Positions 37,434-46,212 of a stretch of 64,000 bases of DNA are shown piece by piece. Numbering within the stretch: the stretch's first letter is position 1; every line of letters begins with the position of its first letter. Origin of the DNA: an uncultured Acidobacteriota bacterium (GTDB lineage Bacteria > Acidobacteriota > Terriglobia > Bryobacterales > Bryobacteraceae); contig CAVTTC010000014.1 in the NCBI GenBank assembly GCA_963737465.1, forward strand, positions 103,567 to 167,566. The letters are read 5' to 3'. The notes under the pieces are model-generated. The model had not been told where the DNA came from, did no database searches, and saw nothing but the letters and a program-made list of their open reading frames with translations. The translations under genes and the position numbers were made by a program.

Positions 37434-38840
37434 TTGCTTCGTTTTCGTGATTTCCCGCTCGTTGCCGCGGTCGCCATCGCCCTGTATTTCGGCAGCCTGA
37501 CGGCCCCGGGTTTCAGCACGCTGTTCGCGCCGGACGATTTCCAGAACATGTACCGTTACTGGAACCCTGGGCTGGGCGAGGTGATCCGGGCGAACCTGTT
37601 GTTCGTCACTTCGTTCTACCGCCCGCTGGGTGCGGTGTTCTATCTGCCTCTGCTGCATCTGTTCGGGTTCCATCCACTGCCCTACCGGATCGTCTATCAC
37701 GCCCTGCTGTGGTTGAATCTGGGGCTGCTGTACGTTCTGGCCCGCCGGATCTGTCGTAGCCGGGCCGCCGCCGGTCTGGCGGTCCTCATCGGATGTTTCC
37801 ATGCCGAGGCAGCCGGTGTCTACCTCAGCTCCTCCATGATCTATGAAGTGCTGTGCTTCACCTTTATGGTGGGGTGCCTGATCTATTACATCCGGATTCG
37901 CCAAAGCGGTCGAGTGCTGGGAGCCCGGGAACTGGGCATCTTCGTGCTGCTGTACATCTGCGCGCTCGATTCGAAGGAGATGGCGGTGGTGCTCCCCGGG
38001 ATTCTGGTCGTATACGAATTGGCGTACCGGCCATGGAAGCGCCCCGTGTTTCGCGAGTTACTGCCCATCCTGCTCGCCGGCGCGATGTCGATCGCCTATA
38101 CGATCGGCAAGATATTCGGCGCTGACTCGCTGTCCCGGATTCCGGGCTATGAGCCCGTGTACACGATCGATCAGTTCCTCAAGACCACCGGAGTCTACCT
38201 CGGTCAGTTGCTGATGAGCGGCGAACCGCTCGCCCCCGGAGCCTCCCTTACGTTCTGGGCGGTCCTGCTGGCGCTTGCGGCTGTGTTCCGGCGAAGGGCG
38301 ATGTGGTTCGGCATGACCTTCGCGTTCCTGGCATTCCTGCCGCTGAACTTCGTCCCGCCCAGGCAGGCGTTCGTTCTCTATATTCCGCTGGCAGGCTTCG
38401 GAATCTATATGGGCGATCTGATTACGACAGTGGTCGATTTCATCACGGCCCGAACGCGCCTGAGCGAAGGCAATCGGTCCCAGGTCACCGCGATGGTGTT
38501 CGCCGCCTGCTTCGTTGCCGTCGCAGTCATTCAGACCCCGCCGGCGATGATGAAAGCCGGGGAGATATCGCTGGCCCAGCAGGCCCACTGGAAAGTGATT
38601 CAGGAACTGGAGCGGCTAAAGCCTCACGCCAAACCAGGAGGACAACTGTTGCTGGTGGATTCGCCCCTGGAGGCGGAATGGGACCTGTACTTCATTGCCA
38701 AGCTATACCTGAACGATCACGCGTTGAAGGTGGCCTGGACCCACGCTCCGAAGCCCCGGTCCGCCACCACCGGCGACTTTGTCGGGCCGCCGGACAACGA
38801 GTGGCGCTTCGACGGGAACAAGTTGGTGCAGGTCAAGTGA
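37434..38840 (+). CDS. polytopic membrane protein, GT39/ArnT-PMT-like glycosyltransferase fold (tentative)
   Basis: 468 aa with a TTG start 3 nt after the phosphatase stop, and 10 or more TM segments. The N-terminal loop DDFQNMYRYW...SFYRPLG resembles the GT-C family. Confidence 0.5.
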   Translation: MLRFRDFPLVAAVAIALYFGSLTAPGFSTLFAPDDFQNMYRYWNPGLGEVIRANLLFVTSFYRPLGAVFYLPLLHLFGFHPLPYRIVYHALLWLNLGLLYVLARRICRSRAAAGLAVLIGCFHAEAAGVYLSSSMIYEVLCFTFMVGCLIYYIRIRQSGRVLGARELGIFVLLYICALDSKEMAVVLPGILVVYELAYRPWKRPVFRELLPILLAGAMSIAYTIGKIFGADSLSRIPGYEPVYTIDQFLKTTGVYLGQLLMSGEPLAPGASLTFWAVLLALAAVFRRRAMWFGMTFAFLAFLPLNFVPPRQAFVLYIPLAGFGIYMGDLITTVVDFITARTRLSEGNRSQVTAMVFAACFVAVAVIQTPPAMMKAGEISLAQQAHWKVIQELERLKPHAKPGGQLLLVDSPLEAEWDLYFIAKLYLNDHALKVAWTHAPKPRSATTGDFVGPPDNEWRFDGNKLVQVK

Positions 38841-39936
38841 GCGGACTCAACTCCGCGACGTAGACCTGCGCCGTGCCCGTGCGGTCGCTGGTAAAGGCTA
38901 CCAGTGTTTCGTCCGGCGAGAACGACGGGTGTGGATGAGTGGATTGCGGGCCGTAGACGGTGTCGCTCCCGGCTTCCATCCAACTTAAATGGGTGCCGGC
39001 GGCGCTGCGGGCCGCTTCGAAGTCCTCGCGCAGCGCGTAGCGGCTCTTCTTCCATTGGCTGCCGCGATTGCTCGATTCCGACATGCAGATCCGGGTCGGG
39101 TTGCCCGTGGCGACGTCGATCAGGAATAGCCCCTCGTCGGGATGGTTTGTGTCGCACAGGATGGCCGTTCCGGCCCGGTTGGGCGTGATATGCCAGGCGT
39201 TGAACCGGGCGATCTCGGTGATCTTCCGCGTGTTCCAGTTGAGCCGCTGAACAGCAAACGGCCAGACGGTGAACACCAGGTCGCCGGTGTTGCCGAGGAA
39301 GGTCTCGTGGACCACGAACTCGTCGTTCCCGTGGTGGTACAGGCACTCGAGCCCGGTGCCGTCCCGCCGAACCCGAAACATGCGGGGAGCCGGATCGGCG
39401 GCGAATTCGATCCACTCGGGTTCGAGCGGATGAAACTGCGGATGGATCACCGTCCGTTCAAACGGAATCGAGTGCCAATCCGAGCCGTCGAGGCGGCCAG
39501 TGAAGAGGCCGTTTTCGGTCCCCCGCTTATAGGCCACCACGGCCCACAGCCCGTCGGCTGAAAACGAAGGTTCGCCGAACTGGGCTCCGTCCAATCGCCC
39601 GACCTCACGCTCGGCCAGCGTGGATCGATCAATGGTCCAAAGGGAACCGCCGCGCACGAACAGGAGTTTCCCATCCGGGAGAATCGCCGGGGAGTAGGGA
39701 TGGATCGCTTCACCCGACGTGATCTGTCGTATGGGTCCTTCAGGGAACGAGGCCTCGAAGATCTGGGCTGTTCCGGTACGGTAGCCCGTGAAGATCAGCG
39801 CTGCGTTATCCGGCGTAAAGGAGCGCTGGAGAAAGTAAGTGGAGTGGCTGATGGACGGGTGCGCCGTCACCTGGTGTATACGCGTACCGGTAATGGGATC
39901 GAAGTAGGTCGAATGCTCTCCGGCCCAGGTATTCAC
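38833..39936 (-). CDS. TolB-like beta-propeller protein (oligogalacturonate-lyase-family-like)
   Basis: 367 aa with FDPITGTRIHQVT, FTPDNAALIF and the PD40-like C-terminus PSFSPDETLVAFTSDRTGTAQVY. Confidence 0.5.
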   Translation of the reverse strand: MNTWAGEHSTYFDPITGTRIHQVTAHPSISHSTYFLQRSFTPDNAALIFTGYRTGTAQIFEASFPEGPIRQITSGEAIHPYSPAILPDGKLLFVRGGSLWTIDRSTLAEREVGRLDGAQFGEPSFSADGLWAVVAYKRGTENGLFTGRLDGSDWHSIPFERTVIHPQFHPLEPEWIEFAADPAPRMFRVRRDGTGLECLYHHGNDEFVVHETFLGNTGDLVFTVWPFAVQRLNWNTRKITEIARFNAWHITPNRAGTAILCDTNHPDEGLFLIDVATGNPTRICMSESSNRGSQWKKSRYALREDFEAARSAAGTHLSWMEAGSDTVYGPQSTHPHPSFSPDETLVAFTSDRTGTAQVYVAELSPLT

Positions 39937-39939
39937 TCG

Positions 39940-40551
39940 TCAGGACGGACGTTTCTTGGGCACCGCTGCGTGTTTAGACGTCGGCGCGGGGCCCTGGAGC
40001 AGAGCCTCTATCTGCTGGCGAAGGCTGTTCTCTTCCTGCAGCTTCTCGTCGCCTTGAGGCGGAGTCTGCTTCTGGATCACACCCTTCTTGTCGATGAGGA
40101 CCACCTGCGGAACCACCCAGCGTTCGACGGCGTTGATCTGAAGATAGACCAGGGCGGGATCCCTCTCGCTGGCGCCAACCGGGAAGTTGATGTTGTAATC
40201 TCTGACGAAATCGGGCACCAGCATCATCGCCATGGGATTGACGGCGATCGCGAGCGGTTGAAAGCCCTTGGGCCCGAGTTCCTTGTTCAATTTGGATAAT
40301 ATTTGGCACGTCACCTGGCAGTGTGGACAGGTGGTGAAGATGAATAACAGGGCGACAACCTTGCCCTTGTAACTGCTGAGCAACGCCTGTTTGCCCCCGG
40401 GATAGTTGATGACGAACTCGGGGGACGGGCGCGGAAGGGGAGCGGCGGCGAACGCCGTGAGTGACAGGCCCAGAATAACAGCCAAAGCTGCGAGTCTCCG
40501 CATATGTAAACAGTTTAGCGTGAGTCGCGCCTTACGGGCAGGCCGGCTCAT
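39940..40551 (-). CDS. TlpA-family thiol:disulfide oxidoreductase (thioredoxin fold)
   Basis: 203 aa with a signal/anchor and YKGKVVALLFIFTTCPHCQ (CxxC). Confidence 0.8.
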   Translation of the reverse strand: MSRPARKARLTLNCLHMRRLAALAVILGLSLTAFAAAPLPRPSPEFVINYPGGKQALLSSYKGKVVALLFIFTTCPHCQVTCQILSKLNKELGPKGFQPLAIAVNPMAMMLVPDFVRDYNINFPVGASERDPALVYLQINAVERWVVPQVVLIDKKGVIQKQTPPQGDEKLQEENSLRQQIEALLQGPAPTSKHAAVPKKRPS

Positions 40552-41771
40552 TAAATCCCTTCAATGCTCGACACTTTGGAGCCGTCCAGCGTGAGTTCGA
40601 AAGAGCCCCGATCGCCAGCGCCAGTCATGTGGTTCACAGTCTGCTCGCGCGGTTCGAAGCGCTTCCACTTCTTCGGCAGCACAGCGCGGTAGGCGTCGTA
40701 GAAGTCCCGGGCGGCCTCGGGCGAATCCCACTCGGTGACGAACGTCAACAAGGGTTTGCGGTCCGCCTTAGTTTCATAGAGGCGGAACTCGCCTCCGCGC
40801 CAGTGCGGCGGCACTCGCTCGGCGGTCTCCTTATCGGCGTACTGGTTGAAGAGAATGCGGAAGTCGAGTTCTCCCACCGAGCCCTCGGTAAGCTTCCGGT
40901 AGCCGCGCGGTCTCGCAGGTTCGGGCGCACGCGGGTGAGTCGGTTCTCTTTTGGCAAGATACTGATCGGGATGGATGATCTGCTGGGTGCTGACCGGGGG
41001 ACGTTGAAAGACCTCGCTGAATCCGGCCTTTCCGAGTTTCTCGATCACCGCGTTCGAGAACTCGAGGCCGTCTGCGTACGGGAAGATCAGGGATTCCCGC
41101 AGGTATAACGGCGCCTTCTCGAACACGGGATACTGCGACGACACCGAAGAGGTGGCCGCGCCCTTCATCGAGTCCAGCACCATTTGCGACACCTTGGCTT
41201 CGCCGCCGCCGAGTTTCGAAACGTATGCCCACATCAGCCAGGTCGCCTGGCCTTCCACGACGGCCTCCCGCGCGGTTGCCGCGTCGTCGCTCGTGGCGCC
41301 CTTGTGCATGAACCTGCCGAGCGGAAAACTCTGGTCGGCTAGGGCGTGGGCCAGTTCGTGGACCAGGGCCGCCCGCTTCTCCAGGAATGAGGTGTCCGAT
41401 TCGGTAATGAACAGCTTCTTGCGGTCGTAGTCATAGAACGCCGCGGCCTGCTCGGTCATGAGTTCGACGATGGCTTGCTTGAGATCGTACTCCTCGGGGA
41501 TGAATCCGAACATCTTGAGCGCGAGCGACTCCACTCGGATCTCCTCGGGTTTGACGGCTTCCTTGATCCGGCGATGGATGAATTCCTCGAGTTTGGCCTT
41601 GGAGATGTAGTCCGCGGGGACTTTGCGTTTCACCTTCCAGCCCGTGATCTCGCTGAGACCTTGCAGGATGGGATCGATTTGGGTGAAGAGTTGGCGGGAG
41701 CTCTCCACCTGCCCCCGGGCGCCGGGAATCCAGGCGAGGGCGGTCAAAATGAGGACGGCGAGTTTTTTCAT
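40551..41771 (-). CDS. secreted putative zinc metalloprotease (HExxH)
   Basis: 406 aa with a signal peptide, ALVHELAHALADQ and downstream EGQATWLM. Its stop overlaps the tlpA-like start by 1 nt. Confidence 0.55.
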   Translation of the reverse strand: MKKLAVLILTALAWIPGARGQVESSRQLFTQIDPILQGLSEITGWKVKRKVPADYISKAKLEEFIHRRIKEAVKPEEIRVESLALKMFGFIPEEYDLKQAIVELMTEQAAAFYDYDRKKLFITESDTSFLEKRAALVHELAHALADQSFPLGRFMHKGATSDDAATAREAVVEGQATWLMWAYVSKLGGGEAKVSQMVLDSMKGAATSSVSSQYPVFEKAPLYLRESLIFPYADGLEFSNAVIEKLGKAGFSEVFQRPPVSTQQIIHPDQYLAKREPTHPRAPEPARPRGYRKLTEGSVGELDFRILFNQYADKETAERVPPHWRGGEFRLYETKADRKPLLTFVTEWDSPEAARDFYDAYRAVLPKKWKRFEPREQTVNHMTGAGDRGSFELTLDGSKVSSIEGI

Positions 41772-41824
41772 GGGCGCGGGTACGCTAAACTTTAGTTTCC
41801 ACTTCTTTTCTGGAGATCTGAAAC

Positions 41825-41965
41825 TTGGCAGAAGAAAAAGACGACAAACTGTACAGCGCCACCTACCTGGGCAGCGGCACCTTCATTATCAGCAAGCCGA
41901 AGCGCAAGTCGGCGAAGCGGCGCCAGAGCAAGCTGAAGAGTCCGCAGCGCGGCGCCCGGAAGTAA
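41825..41965 (+). CDS. possible 46-aa basic small protein (not in ORF track)
   Basis: TTG start 9 nt after GGAG. Product LAEEKDDKLYSATYLGSGTFIISKPKRKSAKRRQSKLKSPQRGARK. About 84 % G/C at third codon positions by hand count, matching coding bias here. No family recognised. Confidence 0.3.
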   Translation: MAEEKDDKLYSATYLGSGTFIISKPKRKSAKRRQSKLKSPQRGARK

Positions 41966-42052
41966 TTCCGCCTCACCCGAGCGTTATCACAACCTGCCGT
42001 ATCGTCAGCGCGACGATGCGGCGGAAATGCGGAAGCACGTCGATTCGCTCAA

Positions 42053-42991
42053 ATGTTACCCGACAGACTGAACTACTACCTGAACCGTGTTTCCCGGACC
42101 CCGTTGGTACCGGTTCAACTCGGCGACGACTCGCCCGCGATCTGGTGTAAGCTCGAGTTCCTCAACCCGAGCGGATCCACCAAAGACCGCGTGGCTCAAT
42201 ACATCCTGACCAAGGCGTGGCGCGAAGGACGGCTCGGTCCGGGCGGCACGGTCATCGAAGCATCCAGCGGATCCACCAGCATCGCCATGGCGCTGACGTG
42301 CTCGCAACTCGGCGTGCGGTTCATCGCCGTGATGCCGGAGGGCGTCAGCAATGAGCGTGTCTACATGATCCGGGCCTTCGGCGGCGAGATCCGGTTGACC
42401 AGCAAGGACTGCGGGATTCAGGGCGCGATCGCCGAGACTCAGCGGCTGGCCGCGGAGTGCAATGCGTTTCTCCCGTGCCAGTTTTCGAATCCGGAGAACC
42501 CGCAGGCGCACCGAGTCACCACCGCCCGCGAAGTTCTGGACCAGATTCCCGGAGCGTCGGTGGATATCGTCGTGGCAGGTGTCGGCACCGGCGGAACCCT
42601 GGTGGGACTGTACCAGGGGTTTCGTGACAACGGGTGTCCGGTAATCCCGGTGCTGGCACGTCCCGTGAACCTCTCCGGAAGCACTCCGGAGATCGAATGC
42701 TGCAGTTTCAGTACGCGCATCCCCGGCGTGATGGACTGCGTTTCGACGATCTTCAACGAGAAGGAACTGGCGGGCCTGCGCACGATTGAGGTGCAGGACG
42801 ATCAGGCCATCGAAACCACTCGCAAGCTGGTCGCGCTGGGGTTCCCGGTGGGCCCGAGTTCCGGATTGAACCTATGCGCGGCGATCTGTGCCGCCAAGAT
42901 GTTGGGCGATGAGGTAGCTAACATCGTGACCGTGTTTCCGGACCGTATGGAACGGTATTTCACCACTGAGTTATTCCGGCCTTACCGCTAG
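42053..42991 (+). CDS. cysteine synthase family PLP enzyme (CysK/CysM-like)
   Basis: 312 aa with LEFLNPSGSTKDR (PLP lysine), EASSGSTSIAMA and AGVGTGGT. Confidence 0.85.
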   Translation: MLPDRLNYYLNRVSRTPLVPVQLGDDSPAIWCKLEFLNPSGSTKDRVAQYILTKAWREGRLGPGGTVIEASSGSTSIAMALTCSQLGVRFIAVMPEGVSNERVYMIRAFGGEIRLTSKDCGIQGAIAETQRLAAECNAFLPCQFSNPENPQAHRVTTAREVLDQIPGASVDIVVAGVGTGGTLVGLYQGFRDNGCPVIPVLARPVNLSGSTPEIECCSFSTRIPGVMDCVSTIFNEKELAGLRTIEVQDDQAIETTRKLVALGFPVGPSSGLNLCAAICAAKMLGDEVANIVTVFPDRMERYFTTELFRPYR

Positions 42992-43031
42992 CAATACCGC
43001 TTACTAACGTGCGCGGCTCAGTAAGCTCGCA

Positions 43032-43850
43032 TCAGGACCTTGCCCGGCCACGCAGGTTGGGCGTGTAATAGCGCGATAGCCAGCGGCTGAGGCCGTCGAG
43101 GCCGGGGTACAACATCCGTTCGGTAATTCCGGCCTGATCGAGTTTGTCACGCACTTCCCATTTGAGATCGGCAGGAATGACGATCTTCTTGGCTAACTCG
43201 GGATGCTCACCCAGTAACTCGTTCAGCCCGTGACCGGGGTGATTCACCGCGGAGAACAGCGCGAACTGGTTCACGATGCGGGCGTTCAGCGACGGGGGTT
43301 CCAGGAACACTACGAACTCCGATTTCGAAAGCCGGTCGAACTTCTCGAGCGTATTCGCGACACGGTCGAGCATTTCGGCCGTGAATACGTCGGATCCCGC
43401 GTTCTCCGCCTCCTCGCGAAGGCCGTCGGGCAGCAGGGTATTGGACTGGCGGTGGTTCAGGCACCAGACGGCGCCGTCGCATCCGAATGCGTTCAAGTCT
43501 TCGGTTGCGAAGTGCATGGCCACCATCGGCGAATAGGTCCAATCGAGGAGGCGCGTCTGCAAGCCGTGGTGTTGGGCCAGGGCGAGCCAGTTCCAGATGG
43601 ATTTCCCGATCTCCAACCGCGTATCCAGGTGGGCATATTTCTGGAAGTTCCGGATCATGTGGCGTTCCAGCCGGGCGAGATCCTCGTAACCCTGGCCGAG
43701 CCGCATCAGGCTGGTGCTGAGATCGGCCGATGCGTCCGAAACGCCGCGAAATACATACGGAGACCGGAACCGTTCCAGGCCCGGGTCCCAGGATTCGCCG
43801 TAGACTTCCTCGAGCAACTGCGCCCAACTGGCAGCCCGAACTGTGTTCAT
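43032..43850 (-). CDS. FRG domain protein
   Basis: 272 aa from the ATG at 43850 (ATGA overlap with the GH4 stop). Contains YVFRGVSDASADLSTSL, LALAQHHGLQTRLLDWTYSP and NARIVNQFALFS. Confidence 0.7.
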   Translation of the reverse strand: MNTVRAASWAQLLEEVYGESWDPGLERFRSPYVFRGVSDASADLSTSLMRLGQGYEDLARLERHMIRNFQKYAHLDTRLEIGKSIWNWLALAQHHGLQTRLLDWTYSPMVAMHFATEDLNAFGCDGAVWCLNHRQSNTLLPDGLREEAENAGSDVFTAEMLDRVANTLEKFDRLSKSEFVVFLEPPSLNARIVNQFALFSAVNHPGHGLNELLGEHPELAKKIVIPADLKWEVRDKLDQAGITERMLYPGLDGLSRWLSRYYTPNLRGRARS

Positions 43851-45220
43851 TTCAGATATCCGAGGTGGACAGGATCGGCGGCAGCCAAGGATCGCCGCAG
43901 CCGTCCCGCCAGTTCCCAATCGCCCACGACTGGATATTCCAGCATAGCTAACTGCGCGAGGTCGCCCGACCGTTCCACCGCCGAGCGGATGACGGTGCGT
44001 TCGTACTCCTTGACGGATAACACCAGACCGCGAACGGCGGCGGGCAGAGGGCCCGTGGGCCGGGGGCGCGGACCGTTGCGATCAATGTGGCAGGGAACCT
44101 CGACCACGTCGCCGTCGAGCAGATCGGAGATGGCTCCGCGGTTCGAGACGTTAAGAACGAGGTCGGTGGTGGAGTCGGAACCGAGAGCAGTTAACACGTC
44201 CAGCGCGATTACGTGGTAGCCCGTAACGGTTTCAAACGGATCGTACTGATCCTGTTCGACGGTGAAGGCCGATTCGGCCTGTGCCTCCAGTTTCATATAG
44301 GACGAGTTACGGCGCAGGAGATAGCGCCGGTAGGTCTCAACGCCATCCGATGGGCTTCCGGTTGCTAACTCCTGGAATAGTTCGCGATTGAGTCGTTCCA
44401 ACTCCTCTCCCCGGCTGGCGCCGGCCCGTAACTGATTGTCCAGTGCCTTGCGTCCACTGTAATAGAAGAACAGATACTCGGTTGGAATCAGGCGAAGCGC
44501 GCGGATGAGTGACGGATCGAAGAGATCGGCGGGATAGAGCCTCCGCAGCACCTCGTCCGATGCCAGAATTCGCTCCAGGATATCCTGGCCTCTGAGCGTC
44601 ACGCCGCGTACCCAGCCCAAATGATTCAAGCCCGCGTAATCGAACGTCATCTCTTCATAGGGTTCCCCGAGTGCCCAGGCGATGCGGTGGAACAGTTCCA
44701 TGGGGGTGTCGCAGATGCCGATCACGTTCAGGCCGGTGTTTTGCGCGATGGCCTGCGTGATCAGCCCCGCTGGATTGGTGAAGTTGATGAACCATGCCTG
44801 GGGCGCAACCCGCTGAACGGTACGGGCGTGTTCGAGAGCGATCGGAATGGTGCGCAGCGCCATCGCCGTGCCGCCGGGTCCGGTGGTCTCCTGCCCGGCG
44901 AGTCCAAGGCCGATGGCGATGCGTTCGTCGGTGGCGCGCGCCTCGATGCCGCCCACACGGATGCTGCTGAGTACAATGCCGGCGCCGTCGGCGGCGGACT
45001 CAAGATCTGTGTGAGTAGTGATGCGGAGGTCAGAACCCTGCCGCTCGACCAACTCGCGGCTGATTCGCCCGATGATCTCGAGGCGGTGCGCATCGATGTC
45101 GAACAGCGCGAATTCGCGAACGCCGAGCGATCTCTGCGCTTTCGCGAGGCCGTGAACCAATAGCGGGGTGCGCGCGCCTCCCCCGCCGATCATGGTTATC
45201 TTTTCGAACCCGTAGTTCAC
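43847..45220 (-). CDS. glycoside hydrolase family 4 (NAD/Mn-dependent 6-phospho-glucosidase/alpha-glucosidase type)
   Basis: 457 aa with a GTG start, [32 protein letters not shown] and LNHLGW. Confidence 0.85.
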   Translation of the reverse strand: MNYGFEKITMIGGGGARTPLLVHGLAKAQRSLGVREFALFDIDAHRLEIIGRISRELVERQGSDLRITTHTDLESAADGAGIVLSSIRVGGIEARATDERIAIGLGLAGQETTGPGGTAMALRTIPIALEHARTVQRVAPQAWFINFTNPAGLITQAIAQNTGLNVIGICDTPMELFHRIAWALGEPYEEMTFDYAGLNHLGWVRGVTLRGQDILERILASDEVLRRLYPADLFDPSLIRALRLIPTEYLFFYYSGRKALDNQLRAGASRGEELERLNRELFQELATGSPSDGVETYRRYLLRRNSSYMKLEAQAESAFTVEQDQYDPFETVTGYHVIALDVLTALGSDSTTDLVLNVSNRGAISDLLDGDVVEVPCHIDRNGPRPRPTGPLPAAVRGLVLSVKEYERTVIRSAVERSGDLAQLAMLEYPVVGDWELAGRLRRSLAAADPVHLGYLK

Positions 45221-46131
45221 TTCGCGGTGACCTCGTGCGCCAATGCTTCATTGAGACCGTCTTTGCAGGGGAATCCTTCCAGTCCGCCCAATGACAGCGT
45301 CGATAGCGCTCCGCAGATGGTGCCGACGCGGAGGCAGGTTTCCGGCGGCTCACCCTTGAGCCAGGCATGGAGGAAGCCGGCGTCGAAGCAATCGCCGGCT
45401 CCGGTAGTATCGACGGCCTCCACCGGATAGGGATCGCCCATGAGGACGGCGCCCTTCCACAGCAGCGCGGATCCCTGGGACCCGAGTTTCAAAGCCACGA
45501 TATTGGCGCCCGCATTCGCGAAAGCTTTCAACATTTCGGCGGGTTCCTGTTCGCCGGTCATGGCGGCGCCTTCCAATTCGTTAGGAAAGAAGATGTCCAC
45601 CTGTGGGAGCACGCCGATGCTTCTGGAATCCGTGAGCCACTGGTGATGCCACCCGACGTCGAGCGAAATGCTGCACTCGTTCTGGCGCAGAGCGGGGAGC
45701 AGTTCGACGATGGAGTCGAGATCCGGAGCGCATCCCAGGTGGACGTGCCGCGCGTGAGCTAGCAGGTGCTCCGTGGCGGCCTCCATCAGGATCTCGGGGA
45801 AGCGGTGGTTGGCGCCGAGGTAGGTGAAGAACGAACGGTCCTCCGGGCTGGTGACGGCGACGGTAAAAGCAGTAGGCTCATGCAGATCGTAGGCAATGCC
45901 GGCAGTGTCTACGCCGATGCGACGTAGGCGGTCCACCAGCCAGGCGCCGTCGTGGCCGACCACCCCAAGCACGCCGGTTCTCGACCCGAGTTTCGCGAGG
46001 CCGGCGGCGGTGATGGCAGCGCCTCCTCCGATCTCACGGCAGTAATGGCTGGCGACGGATTCCTGCCCAGGCTGGGGCCAAAACGCGAATCCGCTCATGA
46101 CGATATCCATGAACAGATCGCCGGCCACCAT
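45217..46131 (-). CDS. PfkB-family carbohydrate kinase
   Basis: 304 aa from the ATG at 46131, with GGGAAITAAGLAKLG and DTTGAGDCFDAGFL. Its stop overlaps the GH4 GTG (GTGA). The tracked 484-aa ORF has a spurious 180-aa extension. Confidence 0.85.
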   Translation of the reverse strand: MVAGDLFMDIVMSGFAFWPQPGQESVASHYCREIGGGAAITAAGLAKLGSRTGVLGVVGHDGAWLVDRLRRIGVDTAGIAYDLHEPTAFTVAVTSPEDRSFFTYLGANHRFPEILMEAATEHLLAHARHVHLGCAPDLDSIVELLPALRQNECSISLDVGWHHQWLTDSRSIGVLPQVDIFFPNELEGAAMTGEQEPAEMLKAFANAGANIVALKLGSQGSALLWKGAVLMGDPYPVEAVDTTGAGDCFDAGFLHAWLKGEPPETCLRVGTICGALSTLSLGGLEGFPCKDGLNEALAHEVTAK

Positions 46132-46212
46132 GGCGTCCAGCTTTTTGACATTCTTCAACGATAGTTCCGCCTCCCGGATGCCTGGACTCTCTGATCCGTT
46201 GACCACGACTCG

